The notes: a model not told the origin generated them from the sequence alone. Counted from the first letter of the stretch, positions 49,812 through 60,742 are shown. The stretch is DNA of 64,000 bases from Terriglobia bacterium (GCA_963823095.1 CAWGKI010000019.1:181129-245128), one strand, 5' to 3'. A program made the numbers and translations.

Positions 49812-50399
49812 TCAGTTGCCGAGATCGATCCCGAGGTTCCTCAGCTCTTCCGCGTAGTACTTCTTGTGCAGCAGATCCCACTCTTCGGTGCCGTCCAGAA
49901 CTTCGCGTTTCAGCGTGCGGATCTTGGCGCGCGCGGCCTTCTCGGCCTTGTCCTCGTTTTGGAGCACATCCGACATCAGGCGAATGATCTCCAGCCGCAG
50001 ATCGTTCTCGTTCTTCCTGATCCTGCAATCGTGCGACTTCTTCAGCGCCAGCAGCAGCTTGTGCGAGATCTCGTTCACCTTGTCGCGGCTGAGCTTCATC
50101 GCATCGCCGGTGTCGCGCCCCGAAGCCTTGACGATCTTGCGCTGTTGCACCAACTGGTTCTTGATGCGGCGAAACATCTCGGAGTAGCTGATGGCGTTGT
50201 TCGCCATGTAGACGCTGTACTCTTCGAGGATGGTTCGCACCTCGTCGTTCAGCTTGTCCTCCAACATCATCTCGTCGATGATGACGCCTACGAGAACCTC
50301 TCCGACGGCGGAGCGATCGGCGATTTCGATCATGTTGGCGGGAAGCCTTGCGGCCACCTGCCTTCCAAGGTACGCGATGAACTCTTTGGCCAGAAGCAT
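49812..50399 (-). CDS. conserved hypothetical protein (DUF507-like, helical, Lys/Glu-rich)
   Basis: 195-aa charged helical protein; family assignment from memory only. Confidence 0.5.
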   Translation of the reverse strand: MLLAKEFIAYLGRQVAARLPANMIEIADRSAVGEVLVGVIIDEMMLEDKLNDEVRTILEEYSVYMANNAISYSEMFRRIKNQLVQQRKIVKASGRDTGDAMKLSRDKVNEISHKLLLALKKSHDCRIRKNENDLRLEIIRLMSDVLQNEDKAEKAARAKIRTLKREVLDGTEEWDLLHKKYYAEELRNLGIDLGN

Positions 50400-50489
50400 T
50401 TGAGGGTTTGGAGGATCTAAGCGGAGTCCCCACTACCAGTCTAGGGAAGCGTGGAAACAAGTGTCAAAAAAACAACACGGCCCGGAAGC

Positions 50490-50930
50490 TCAGTGGACCC
50501 CGCCGCCGCCGTTGTTTTGCAGGAATTCGGCGTCGATCGGCTTTCTTCCGCGAGCACCCTCTTCCAGTCCGTGCCAGTGTCCGATCCTGGGTTCGCCGAG
50601 GCGCCAGCAGAGCAGCACCTCCTCGCCGCGATAGAGAGTAGGGAAATCCACCAGACCGACGTCCAGGTCTTTCACCTGCACACCCAACTCGTTGATGGCC
50701 TCGATGGCCTCTTTCAGTTGCTCCGCCCCGGCTTCCCGCGACTCCTGGAGCTGCCGCGCTCTCGCTATGTCCACGACGATTCCGCCCATCGATTGGACCC
50801 GCTGCAGGAGCGCGGAGATCGATTCGTCCGCCTCTTCGTACAAGCTCCGCGCGTGAATGGCCAGACGCAGCAGACGATCCACCTCCGGCAGCAACCGGGA
50901 GGCCTGTTCGTGGGAGAAATACCTGGGCAT
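50490..50930 (-). CDS. conserved hypothetical protein (DUF2203-like; start at MPRYFSHEQASRLLPEV)
   Basis: N-terminal MPRYF..EA..LLP motif characteristic of DUF2203-type proteins; upstream ORF extension is Arg-rich and non-coding-like. Confidence 0.45.
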   Translation of the reverse strand: MPRYFSHEQASRLLPEVDRLLRLAIHARSLYEEADESISALLQRVQSMGGIVVDIARARQLQESREAGAEQLKEAIEAINELGVQVKDLDVGLVDFPTLYRGEEVLLCWRLGEPRIGHWHGLEEGARGRKPIDAEFLQNNGGGGVH

Positions 50931-50983
50931 GGTCGCACGACTCCTGGGAGACCGCCCGCTTCGCGGAATAGATAAGCAGAATA

Positions 50984-51475
50984 TCAGATGCCGCTGACTT
51001 GTACAGCGACAGATCGGCTGCGAGGGCCGTCGAACTCGGCCAGAATGATGCTCTGCCACGTTCCCAGCAGCACAGCGCCGTTTCTCACCTGCAGCAAAAG
51101 CGTCTGGCCGAAGACGCTGCCTTTCAGGTGGGAGTCGGCGTTTTTCCGCTCGCAATCGGAGAAAGCCGGATCGTTGTGCTTGTAGTACGCCTTCCGGTCC
51201 ACCACCGTGCCGATGAAGTTCTTGAAGTCTTCGAGCAACGCGTCCTGCCATTCGCCGAGCGCGAGCCCCGTCGTCGTATGCAACGATTGCAGGTGCACCA
51301 GGCCATCGGCGATGCCGCTGCGGCGCACGATTTCGTTGATGCGCTCCGTGAGGTTCAGCAACTGGCTCCGCTCCGCGGTAATGAAGTCGATCACACGGCT
51401 CTGAATGCGGTAGCCGGGCACGGCGTGCGCCGTGAGAGCCGCCGGGCGTGGACTGTCCATCGAAAGGGCGCTCAT
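50984..51475 (-). CDS. YjbQ/UPF0047 family protein (secondary thiamine-phosphate synthase-like)
   Basis: ..GLVHLQSLHTTTGLALGEWQD..ADSHLKGSVFGQTLLLQVRNGAVLLGTWQSIILAEFDGPRSRSV.. matches UPF0047 conserved blocks. Confidence 0.8.
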   Translation of the reverse strand: MSALSMDSPRPAALTAHAVPGYRIQSRVIDFITAERSQLLNLTERINEIVRRSGIADGLVHLQSLHTTTGLALGEWQDALLEDFKNFIGTVVDRKAYYKHNDPAFSDCERKNADSHLKGSVFGQTLLLQVRNGAVLLGTWQSIILAEFDGPRSRSVAVQVSGI

Positions 51476-51587
51476 GAAGTTAAAGATTGCCTCCTATGAT
51501 TACTGATCCTTCATTTTGCGCGTTGGTTTCAAAAGAGTTACGGCAGGCCTGTGATATACTCCCTCCCTGAAATGAAGCTCCGCCCCC

Positions 51588-51858
51588 TGGGAGCGCCGAT
51601 CTCCAGATCGGCAACTATTGCCGCGCGAGCGGCAAGGTTCGAGGATGACTTTCGCCGTAGCGGTCGCAACCCTGGGAACGCCGATCTCCAGATCGGCACT
51701 TGTTGACGCGAGCGCGGCAAGGCCTGGGAATGAACTTGGGCGGAGCGGGTGCATCCCTTTTCTGTTGAGCGTAAGCCGCACTTGCACGGAGCCCCTGCCG
51801 TCGATGTGCGGCGAATATGGAAGCCGGACCGATCTGGAGATCGGCGTTCCCAGGAGAC
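51588..51858. repeat. cluster of family-A MITE/REP-like elements: two tandem 85-nt direct units plus one inverted terminal copy
   Basis: ccctgggagcgccgatctccagatcggc (51588), ccctgggaacgccgatctccagatcggc (51670), inverted ccgatctggagatcggcgttcccagg (51828); same termini as 39290-39452. Confidence 0.5.
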
Positions 51859-51886
51859 GCGGGCCGGTTCGAGCGGAAATGCCTCT

Positions 51887-53125
51887 TCAGACCGCCGTTC
51901 CGGTCTCCTGCTTCGAGTAAGTCCGCTCGACGTACTCGTTCAACATTCCAATGAAATCCTGCACGATCATGTCGCCGCGCAGAGTCTTAACCAGGTGTCC
52001 ATCGACAAACACAGGGGCCTTGGGCTCCTCCGCGGTGCCGGGCAGGGAAATGCCGATGTTGGCGTGCTTCGACTCGCCCGGGCCGTTGACGATGCAGCCC
52101 ATCACCGCCACCTTCATCTCTTCGACGCCGGGATAGCCGCTCTTCCAGATTGGCATCTGGTGTTTCAGGTAGCTCTGGATCTGTTCCGCCAATTCCTGGA
52201 AGAACGTGGAGGTCGTTCGTCCGCAGCCTGGACACGCGGTCACCTGCGGCGTGAAACTGCGGATCCCCATCGACTGCAGAATCTGCTGGCTGACCAGGAC
52301 TTCTTCGGTGCGGTCGCCATTCGGCGCCGGCGTCAGCGAAGCGCGAATCGTATCGCCGATCCCTTCCTGCAGCAAAATCGACAGCGCGGCCGTCGTCGCC
52401 ACAACGCCCTTGGCGCCCATGCCCGCTTCGGTCAGGCCGACGTGCAGCGGGTAGTCGCCCTCCGCCGCCATCATGCGGTAGACGTCCACCAGGTCCTGCA
52501 CGTTCGATACCTTGGCGCTCAGGATAATCCGGTTGTGCGCCAGGCCGTAGCTCTCCGCCAGCCGGGCGGACTCGATGGCGCTCACCACGATGGCGCGTTT
52601 CATCACCTCGTCGGCCGGCAGCGGATTCCGCATGCGGCCGTTCTCGTCCATCATCCGCGCCAGCATTACGGCGTCCAGCGATCCCCAGTTCACGCCGATG
52701 CGGACCGGCTTGCCGTACTCGATCGCCGCCTCGATCATCGTCCGGAAGTTATCGTCGCTGTGCCGGCCGATGTTCACGTTGCCCGGATTAATGCGGTACT
52801 TCGCCAGTGCCCGCGCGCACTCCGGGTACTTTTTAAGCAGGATGTGGCCGTTATAGTGGAAATCGCCGATGATCGGTACTTTGCTGCCGAACATGCGCAG
52901 CGTTTCCACCACCTTGGGCAGCGCTCGCGCCGCCTCCTCGGTGTTCACGGTGACACGCACCATTTCGGAACCAGCCTGCGCCAGAGCCAAGGCCTGATTG
53001 GCCGTGGAGGTCACGTCCGCGGTGTCGGTGTTGGTCATCGATTGCACCGCAACAGGGTTCGTCCCTCCAACCTTCACCCCGCCGACATCGACCACGACAG
53101 ACCGGCGACGTTGGATCTGAGCCAT
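51887..53125 (-). CDS. ispG: 4-hydroxy-3-methylbut-2-en-1-yl diphosphate synthase (flavodoxin)
   Basis: Full-length GcpE: ..[11 protein letters not shown].., ..[13 protein letters not shown].., C-terminal 4Fe-4S Cys motif ..[18 protein letters not shown].. Confidence 0.95.
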   Translation of the reverse strand: MAQIQRRRSVVVDVGGVKVGGTNPVAVQSMTNTDTADVTSTANQALALAQAGSEMVRVTVNTEEAARALPKVVETLRMFGSKVPIIGDFHYNGHILLKKYPECARALAKYRINPGNVNIGRHSDDNFRTMIEAAIEYGKPVRIGVNWGSLDAVMLARMMDENGRMRNPLPADEVMKRAIVVSAIESARLAESYGLAHNRIILSAKVSNVQDLVDVYRMMAAEGDYPLHVGLTEAGMGAKGVVATTAALSILLQEGIGDTIRASLTPAPNGDRTEEVLVSQQILQSMGIRSFTPQVTACPGCGRTTSTFFQELAEQIQSYLKHQMPIWKSGYPGVEEMKVAVMGCIVNGPGESKHANIGISLPGTAEEPKAPVFVDGHLVKTLRGDMIVQDFIGMLNEYVERTYSKQETGTAV

Positions 53126-53527
53126 TTCACCTCCAAAGAGTCCAGTTTAGCAAGCGCCGTTCCCGCTTTTCGTCCCTCTGATGGAAGTGATTGACGATAT
53201 AAGGTTTTTCGATTGGTTTGGGAAACGGTTCCGCTTATACTGAGAGCAGGACCGAAATCAGAGCATTCGGTGCAAGTTTTTCCCCGCGCCCTGTCGGCGC
53301 AATTCCCCGTCCCCGGTCAGCCGCCCCGGTAGAGGCATTAGCGGCTGTTCCCCATTCGTGTCGGACGACAGACTCCGGTTGAGATTTAGCGCCCGATCCG
53401 TGCGAATCTCAGGCCCAGGGCCACCAGCGACCGGGAGGGTGCTTTGCCGGTCGCAGGCGTCGCGCGCTTTCATCCGGCTGTAAGGATTATGGGGTTAATA
53501 TCCTGTTGTCAGAACGAGGTACATGCG

Positions 53528-53944
53528 ATGGATTCAATTACCAGTTCCTCTCCCAGGGCCATTTTGTTCGGTTTGGATCCTGCCGTTGAAGCAGAACTCG
53601 CGGCCTGCCTGCGTGGCGCCTCTTATGTCGTTTCTCGCATCGTTTCCCAGTCTGGAGAGCGCTCGGCTGCGCAGGGCCGAGATGGCGGAATAGTCTTCTG
53701 CCCGCGTGGCGCGGCATTTTCCGCAGCCAAGATTGCGTTTCCCAATTTGCCGGTTGTGATCGTCAGCCGCCTGCCCGACACGCGCGAATGGCTCGAAGCC
53801 CTCGAACTCGGTGCCGCCGATTACGTCGCGGCGCCGTTCGAGTGCATTCAGATGCGCTGGCTGCTGGAGGCTCTTGGCCGTCCCGGACCGGCCGTGGCGG
53901 CGGCCGCGGCATCACAGAGTATTTCTATGCCGAAGTGCGCGTGA
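53528..53944 (+). CDS. small pseudo-receiver-like protein (degenerate REC fold)
   Basis: AILFGLDP..SYVVSRIVS..GGIVFCP..LPVVIVSRLPDTREWLEALELGAADYVAAPFE resembles REC beta-alpha topology (GADDYV-like block) but conserved Asp pair/Lys are replaced; start uncertain. Confidence 0.3.
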   Translation: MDSITSSSPRAILFGLDPAVEAELAACLRGASYVVSRIVSQSGERSAAQGRDGGIVFCPRGAAFSAAKIAFPNLPVVIVSRLPDTREWLEALELGAADYVAAPFECIQMRWLLEALGRPGPAVAAAAASQSISMPKCA

Positions 53945-54515
53945 AAGCTCGCTGTGCGGTGTTTCTATTCGATTCAAGGCCGTTCAGTTCAGTTCGGTTC
54001 GTTCTGTTTGAAGAGACGGCGCCTCAACGTTCTCGGCAACGTCCGAACGCGCTCTCACACAGAGCCCGGAGGGCGGAAGCCAATTGCCTACAGCGTGAGC
54101 TGTGGGTGCGCTGAGCAGACCGCAGAGCCCCGGAACGGGGCGAAAGACGTTCGAATCGCATAGCTTTCGCCCTGTGCGACGGCTGACGCGTATCCGGAAC
54201 ACCCAGAGCTTCCGCTATGGGGTGCAGTCTTCCGCTCCCGCGGAGCTGTTTGGGCTTCGGACGCAGCTTGGATTTTCCACTTCTTCTCCCTTCACCTGCC
54301 CGGTCAGAGCCTGCTTGATTCCAAGCGCATGACGGCATGCAAACTAGCTACAGGCCATGCTCACCGACTGCCGGATTGCGGTTTAATCCCCCATACCATT
54401 GAGCCTCGCGCAGAGCGACTCCCCCATCCGCGCAGCGCTCCGATCCCTGGGCGCGAGTCATCGAGCCGGCAGAACCCAGTGTTTTCAGGCTATTTTCAAA
54501 TTGGAGACTCGAGCC

Positions 54516-55292
54516 ATGCTTCGTCTGCTGCTTGCCACGCTTCTGCTGCCCCTGCTGCTGCTCGGCGACAACTTCCGTCTCTACCTGACTGACGGCACCT
54601 GGCACCAGGTGAGCGAATACAAAGTGGAGCAGGACCGCGTCCGCTATTACTCCATTGAGCGCAGTGAATGGGAGGAGATCCCCACCAGCCTGGTCGATCT
54701 CAAGAAAACCGAGGCCGAGCGCGGAGCGGTTCTCGAAGCCACGAAAAAGAGCGCCGCCGCGGACGATGCCGAGGAGAAGTTCGAGCGCGAACAGGCCCGG
54801 ATTATCTCGCTGATCCCGATGAATCCAGGCGTCTACTATCTGGAGGGCGATAAAGTCCTGACCGTCAAGCAGGCCGAGTCGAAGATCGTGACCGACAAAA
54901 AGCGGTCAGTGCTGAAAGCCATCTCGCCCCTTCCCATCCTGACAGGGAAAGCGACCATCGAGTTGGACGGCGACCGCTCCGCCTTTGCCGTCCGGGACGA
55001 CCGGCCCACATTCTGGTTCCGGCTCTCTGCCTACGAGCGTTTCGGCATCGTGCACTGCCAGTCCAAGAAGGACTCGCGCGTCGTGGAGAAGTGGACCATC
55101 ATACCCGGGAGCAAAGAAGTGGCGGCCGATCGGGAAGAAATCGAGATCTTCCGCCAGCAGGTTGGCAACGAGCTCTACAAGATCTGGCCGCAGAAGCCGC
55201 TGCCGCCCGGCGAGTATGCGGTGATCCAGTACACCGAAGGCGACCGCAACACCCAGATCTGGGATTTCCGCGCCGAGAGTCCAGCGAAATAG
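54516..55292 (+). CDS. hypothetical secreted protein (258 aa)
   Basis: Signal peptide MLRLLLATLLLPLLLLG; no recognised motifs. Confidence 0.5.
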   Translation: MLRLLLATLLLPLLLLGDNFRLYLTDGTWHQVSEYKVEQDRVRYYSIERSEWEEIPTSLVDLKKTEAERGAVLEATKKSAAADDAEEKFEREQARIISLIPMNPGVYYLEGDKVLTVKQAESKIVTDKKRSVLKAISPLPILTGKATIELDGDRSAFAVRDDRPTFWFRLSAYERFGIVHCQSKKDSRVVEKWTIIPGSKEVAADREEIEIFRQQVGNELYKIWPQKPLPPGEYAVIQYTEGDRNTQIWDFRAESPAK

Positions 55293-55417
55293 CCCAGTGG
55301 GGCGGGTCTCTTACTTCTGACTCACGAACAGAAACTCGCCGCCGCTCGCCTTTCTTGTCTCAGTGGCCCGATGAGTATATACTCATGCATATACTCTTTC
55401 AAATACCGGGAGGCGCC

Positions 55418-55720
55418 ATGGAACGAACGCGTACCGCAAAACTCTTTCAGAACGGGAGCAGCCAGGCTGTGCGGCTGCCGGTCGACTTTCGTTTCGATGG
55501 TCAGGAAGTCTTCATCCGGCGCGACGAAGCTACAGGCGACGTTGTCTTGTCGAAACGCCCCGCCGCCGGCAGTTGGACCTCGTTCTTCGATCTCCTGCGG
55601 GAGCTTGACGTCCCGGCCGGCTTCATGGCCGAACGGCCGATGAACGTGCCGCCCCGGCGTCCCGGCATTTTCGACGACCAAATCAAGCCCCAGCGCAATG
55701 CCGGGCGCAAGAGACTCTGA
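55418..55720 (+). CDS. vapB: VapB family antitoxin (AbrB/SpoVT-type), second TA locus
   Basis: FQNGSSQAVRLPVDFRF.. motif (paralog of 15774-16025 antitoxin); GGGAGG RBS 55408-55413. Confidence 0.8.
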   Translation: MERTRTAKLFQNGSSQAVRLPVDFRFDGQEVFIRRDEATGDVVLSKRPAAGSWTSFFDLLRELDVPAGFMAERPMNVPPRRPGIFDDQIKPQRNAGRKRL

Positions 55721-55722
55721 GC

Positions 55723-56124
55723 ATGCTGTATATGCTCGACACCGACACGGTGAGCTATATGTTGAAAGGCCGCAACCCGGGCATCGCGGCCAAACTCGCC
55801 GACATCCCCCCCGAACACGTCTGCATTTCCGTCATCACCTGTGCCGAACTGCTGTACGGACTCAAGGCCCTCCCGGCGAGCCACCGCTTGCATATCGCCG
55901 TCCGTCAGTTATTCCAGATTGTCCGGCTCCTTCCATGGCAGATCGAAGCCGCCCATTGGTACGCCGGCATCCGGCACCAGCTCAAGGGCGCAGGCACGCC
56001 TATCGGCGACATGGACCTTATGATTGCCGCTCACTCCCTTGCTGCCGGCGCCGTCCTCGTGACGAACAACACCCGCCACTTCAAGCGCATCGATGCCCCA
56101 CTCGTTCTTGCCAATTGGGCTTAA
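55723..56124 (+). CDS. vapC: VapC family toxin (PIN domain)
   Basis: MLYMLDTDTVSYMLKG.. N-terminal PIN motif, conserved acidic residues; starts 3 nt after vapB stop. Confidence 0.85.
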   Translation: MLYMLDTDTVSYMLKGRNPGIAAKLADIPPEHVCISVITCAELLYGLKALPASHRLHIAVRQLFQIVRLLPWQIEAAHWYAGIRHQLKGAGTPIGDMDLMIAAHSLAAGAVLVTNNTRHFKRIDAPLVLANWA

Positions 56125-56204
56125 GCCGAACCGCGAAGAGGTGACAAGCGAGTTCGCGACAGGTTGCCGGATAGGAGACGCCCCGATTCCGTCCGCTCCG
56201 TTCG

Positions 56205-58020
56205 CTATGGCTGATTCACGAACAGAAACTTGCCGCCGCTCTCTTTGACGACGTGCAGTTTCTCGCGTCCCAGAAGCCTCTCGTAACGCGCGACGGCGGG
56301 TCGCTCGGCGAGCAGGTACGTACGCTCGGACGAATTCCAGTAAGCGGGCACTTGAGCGTCGGTCAGGAAGACCTCCGGCGCGCCGGGAGCGTAACTGCCG
56401 TACTCCAGGTTATTGACGCGGCCGTTAACGATCTTTGCGCTCTTCACGTTCGCGTAGAAGAAGATCGAGCTGAAGGTGTAGTACTGATCGTCCATCGCCA
56501 CGCGGCCCTTGGGCGCTGCATTCAAGGCCCGCGCGAGCGGCTCGGAACTCAGGTAGGGGTCGAACGCAATCATCGCGATGCGCGCCGCGTTGAGGAACAA
56601 CACCATCGTCAGCGCCAGCATCAGGTAGCTCATGTGCAAATTCTTGCGGAAAGCCGCGAAGACGCCCAGCGCGAAGGCGAGCCCCGCCAGCATCAGCGGC
56701 GTTTTGAGATAGGCGAAGGAGGCCAGCGTCAGGTCGCCGGTGTGTCCCATCGAGAGCGTGTACATCTCGGGATGCTGCGCCAACGCCTGCGAGATATCGC
56801 CGGGTGCGGGCATGCCCCAGACCAAAACGAGGATCGCCACAATCGCCGTCAGAGCCAACGCGCAGATCGCGCCCGTCACGCGGTTGGCCCAGCGGATCCA
56901 ACTCGACTCTTCGGCCATGGCGCAGCCCAGCAGCAGCGCGAAGGCCGGATACGCCGGCATCGAGTAATATTCCTGCGTAGTCGAAAACGTAAAGAACACC
57001 AGCACGAATCCGGCCAGGCACAGGCATAGCAGGCGCAGCCGCGAAGCCCGGTCCTCACCGCGATAGCCCAGCTTCAGGCAGCGGGCGAAGTAAGCGCTCC
57101 ACGGGAAGAACCACAGCAGGTGCAGCAGCCAGAAAAGCGAACGCGGCACGGTGTTGTAATCGCGCGGCCAACGGCGGTTCAGGAAGCGCAGGATGTGTTC
57201 GTTGAAGAAGTAGAACCAGAAGAATCCGCGGTACTTGCCCGGGCCTGCGTCCATTGAGAAATCGAAGTAGGGCGGATTCCGCAGCGTGGCGATAATGTGC
57301 CACGGAGCGGCGATCAGCAGCATCAACGCCACGCCGCTGGCCGGCCTGCAGCCGCTGCCAGGTCCGTTTCACGAAGAGCTGCCGCGAGAGCAGCAGGTAC
57401 ACGAACGCGGCGCCGCAGGGAAAGACCGCGGCGATCAGGCCCTTCAGCAGCAGGCCGGCGCCGATCGACGCCCAGGCCGCGTAGATCCACAGCTTCGGCC
57501 GCGCCTCGTCTTCGTCCAGCGCCCGCAGCATGCCCCACAACGCGAGCGCGATCGTGCCCGTCAGCACGATGTCGGGGATCAGGACCCGCGTGAAGAGAAA
57601 CAGTCCCAGCGACGTCGCGAAAACCAGCCCCGCATAGAAGCCGGCGCGTTCGCCGAAGCCCCAGCGGCCGATCGCTCCGATCAGCCAGGCGATGGCCAGG
57701 ATACACAGCACGACAGGCAGACGCGCTGCCCAGTCCGACACGCCGAAGACAGCGAAGGAAGTGGCGATCATCCAGTACTTCAGCGGCGATTTTTCGAGGT
57801 AGGCGATGCCGTCCAGCCGCGCCGTCACCCAGTCGCCCGAGTCGAGCATGTTGCGCCCGATCTGCGCCTGCACGGCGTCGACGTCGTCCATCAGATGCGG
57901 AGGGGCAATCAACGTCGCCAGGTAAATGGCGGCGGCGAACAGGAGCACGATCCCTAGGCCGTAACGGCTGTTTCCACGTTCCATCGTTTCATCCAGAGAA
58001 ATAGCGTTACCAGGCCCCAC
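56205..58020 (-). pseudogene. GT39/PMT-family glycosyltransferase (ArnT-like 4-amino-arabinose/mannosyl transferase), frameshifted near 57335-57365
   Basis: N-terminal ORF 57055-58020 (..HLMDDVDAVQAQIGRNMLDSGDWVTARLDGIAYLEKSPLKYW..) and C-terminal ORF 56205-57332 (multi-TM ..FFWFYFFNEHILRF..) are consecutive in different frames within a ggccggcc-rich stretch. Confidence 0.7.
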
Positions 58021-59852
58021 AGCGGGTATCCGAGGTTGGCGCGGCGCGTCAGGTGATCGCGCTTCAGCCGCTCCATCGCGTCCACGTTAAACAATCCCGT
58101 CGCCCGCACCGCTTGCGGAGAAAGAACCTCTTCCATCAGACCGCGCAGCGAGGTCCGGAACCAGCGCTGCGCCGGAATATCGAAGCCTTCCTTGGGACGC
58201 GTGAGCACCGATTGCGGCAGCTTGCCGTTCATCAGCTCGCGCAGGATGAACTTCAGCGAGTCGCCGCGAATCTTGAAGTCCTCGGGCAGCGTGGCGGCGA
58301 ACTGCACGATGCGGTGATCGAGGAACGGCGGCCGTACTTCCAGCGAATGCGCCATCGACATACGGTCGCACTTCACCAGGATGTCGTCGGCCAGGTAGTA
58401 GCGCTGGTCGAGGAACATGAAGCGATTGAGATCGCCCTGCCTATGCGCCTCGGTGGGCAGCGTATTCATCAACTCGCCGGGCCTAGGGTAGCTTTCGGCC
58501 GCGTACAGCGAGCGCTTGTCGCGTTCGTTCAGCGTGCCGCCCCAAAACATGTGCGCGTCGGCCGGCGTCAACAGCGAGCCTTCCAGAAAGCGCTTCGCTT
58601 TGTATTCGAGGCCGATCTTTTCGTCCGAAGCCGGCCACAGTTTCAACAAACCCAGGCCGAACCTTCGCATCCACGCCGGATAGCGCCGCGCCCGCCCGGC
58701 CAGGCGGTCGGCTATATACGTCTGGTAACCGCCGAACAGTTCGTCGGCTCCATCTCCGCTGAGCGCCACGGTCACGTGCTGCCGCGTCATCTTGGAGAGG
58801 AACCACACGGGCAGCGCGCCCGCGTCGGCGCTCGGCTCGTCGGAATAATACGTCATCTCGCGGATGGCGCCTTCCAGGTCCTCGTCCGGGCTGAGGTCGA
58901 ACTCGTGATGCTCGGTGCCGTACACCTTGGCCACTTCCTGGAAGTAGCGGCTCTCGTCGTGACTATGGCCCAGGAATGAGATTGAGAACGTGTTGAGCTT
59001 CGGAACGTTCTGCGCCGCGTAATGCAGGATGGTCGAGGAATCGAGGCCGCCGCTCGACCAGATGCCCAGAGGAACGTCCGAGATCAGGTGCTCGCGCACG
59101 GCGTCGTGCAACAGAAAATCGAGTTCCTGCTTGGCGCTGTCGAGCGTCCAGGAGCGGTTGACCTCATAGCGCAGGTTGAAGAACTTCTCGCGGCGGACCG
59201 AACCGTTTTGCCACTCGACGACCTCGCCGGGCTGCACTTTTTCGAGGCCCTCGATGAGCGTGTAAGGAGCGGGAATCCAGTTGAGTGAAAGGTAGTAGCT
59301 CAGCCCGTTCAAGTCGAGCCGGCGCGGGACTTCCGGGTGGCCCAGTATGCACTTCAGTTCGCTACCAAAGTACAGGTCGCGTCCGCGATGGTAGATGTAG
59401 AGCGGCTTGATGCCCATGCGGTCGCGCGCCAGCACCAGCCTGCGTTTCGATTCGCACCAGATGGCCGCCGCGAACATCCCGCGCAGATGCTCGAACGCTT
59501 GCGTATCCCATTGCACGAACCCGCGCAGCACGACTTCGGTGTCGCAATGCGTCTCGAAGCGATGACCCAGTTGTTCCAGCTCGCCGCGTACCTGCGTGTG
59601 ATTATAGATCTCACCATTGAACGCGATCGCCACGTCGCCGCCGTTGGCGAACATCGGCTGATTGCCCTGGGAGACATCGAGAATGGCCAGGCGCGCCGTT
59701 CCCAGGGCGCACAGATCGCTCTCGTGCGAGCCCTGTTGGTCCGGTCCACGATGGCGAATGGAGTCGATTAAGCGGTCTATGCGGCCCCGTTCGACGGGGT
59801 GCTCAAGCTTGGTGTATCCTGCAATGCCACACACGAACTCCCAGGATAACAT
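57954..59852 (-). CDS. asnB: asparagine synthase (glutamine-hydrolysing)
   Basis: N-terminal Ntn amidotransferase VCGIAGY.., ..LSGGLDSS.. PP-loop (SSGGLDSSTILHYA); start probably at MLSWEFVCGIAGY/VCGIAGY rather than the far-upstream Met. Confidence 0.85.
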   Translation of the reverse strand: MLSWEFVCGIAGYTKLEHPVERGRIDRLIDSIRHRGPDQQGSHESDLCALGTARLAILDVSQGNQPMFANGGDVAIAFNGEIYNHTQVRGELEQLGHRFETHCDTEVVLRGFVQWDTQAFEHLRGMFAAAIWCESKRRLVLARDRMGIKPLYIYHRGRDLYFGSELKCILGHPEVPRRLDLNGLSYYLSLNWIPAPYTLIEGLEKVQPGEVVEWQNGSVRREKFFNLRYEVNRSWTLDSAKQELDFLLHDAVREHLISDVPLGIWSSGGLDSSTILHYAAQNVPKLNTFSISFLGHSHDESRYFQEVAKVYGTEHHEFDLSPDEDLEGAIREMTYYSDEPSADAGALPVWFLSKMTRQHVTVALSGDGADELFGGYQTYIADRLAGRARRYPAWMRRFGLGLLKLWPASDEKIGLEYKAKRFLEGSLLTPADAHMFWGGTLNERDKRSLYAAESYPRPGELMNTLPTEAHRQGDLNRFMFLDQRYYLADDILVKCDRMSMAHSLEVRPPFLDHRIVQFAATLPEDFKIRGDSLKFILRELMNGKLPQSVLTRPKEGFDIPAQRWFRTSLRGLMEEVLSPQAVRATGLFNVDAMERLKRDHLTRRANLGYPLWGLVTLFLWMKRWNVETAVTA

Positions 59853-59950
59853 CCGGGTTCCCGTCGCCCTGCGCTGAGTAGGGCGGACGCCCACGTCCGC
59901 GCCGGACCCCCCAGGTCCGGCTTCCGGGACCAACTCAGCAGCTTCAGGGA

Positions 59951-60742
59951 CTAGTCGAGTTCCGGATCCGCAACAACCCGCACAAACTCCCCGACGGTCT
60001 CGTAGCTCTTCTCCGCCGACAGTTCGTACTCCTGATACTCAGGGTTGTCCGAGTGCATCCGCAGCCGTTCATGTTCCCAGCCCCCGCTGGTCTGCTTCTT
60101 GTGGCTCTCGTAGCGCTTGATGGCGAAACGGCCCATCCCGCCTTCGTCCGTCATCTCATGCACCAGCATGATCTTGCCGCCGCGGCTGCCCGCATAGTAC
60201 TTGCGGAACAGGCACAGCGAACCGTCCGGGATTTCGGGCTCCATCGAGTGGCCGTGGATGCGCACCAGGAAGTAGTCCTTGCTCATCCTCACACCGTCCA
60301 CGTCGACCCACTCTTCGCGGTCCGTCTCGGGATTGTCGATCATCGGCCCGGCCGCGGCGAAGCAACGCACCGGCAGGTGGGTTTGATAAGGCTTCGCAGC
60401 GCTCCGCACGTCCCGGGCATAGAGCGTCTGGGCGGTGCGCTCCAGATCGATGGCCAACGACTTCATGGGAGGGCCGCAGCGGAAGGCATTCGAGAAGTCG
60501 GCGTCGATCCAGGCGAGAAACGCCCGCACGCCCATCTCCAGGGCTTTGTCCGTGAGATCGCCGGCAATGGCTTCCAAAACCTCAGCCTCTTCGCCCGCGT
60601 ATTCCGCCCAATCGCGCCGGAAACGAAATGCGATTTCGTTTGCTTCCGGGTCCGCCACCAGCACGCCGCAGTTCTCGCCCAGGGCCTCGAAGACCCGGTA
60701 CTCGACGTTCCGCATGGCGAGCACTGGCATGTTGGTCGTCAC
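59951..60742 (-). CDS. LexA/UmuD-like S24 peptidase-domain protein with uncharacterised 150-aa N-terminal domain
   Basis: C-terminal S24 motifs: cleavage-site-like CFAAAGP (Ala-Gly), Ser in VRIHGHSMEPEIPDGS, Lys in GRFAIKRYE; N-terminal domain has no recognisable HTH. Confidence 0.65.
   Translation of the reverse strand: MTTNMPVLAMRNVEYRVFEALGENCGVLVADPEANEIAFRFRRDWAEYAGEEAEVLEAIAGDLTDKALEMGVRAFLAWIDADFSNAFRCGPPMKSLAIDLERTAQTLYARDVRSAAKPYQTHLPVRCFAAAGPMIDNPETDREEWVDVDGVRMSKDYFLVRIHGHSMEPEIPDGSLCLFRKYYAGSRGGKIMLVHEMTDEGGMGRFAIKRYESHKKQTSGGWEHERLRMHSDNPEYQEYELSAEKSYETVGEFVRVVADPELD

Noticed and set aside
49602-50460. 272-aa (+) and 238-aa (-) ORFs
   Set aside because: Overlap the better-supported 195-aa charged helical protein (49812-50399, minus) in other frames
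51749-53194. 481-aa plus-strand ORF
   Set aside because: Antisense to ispG, whose identity is unambiguous
58053-58979. 308-aa plus-strand ORF
   Set aside because: Antisense to asnB
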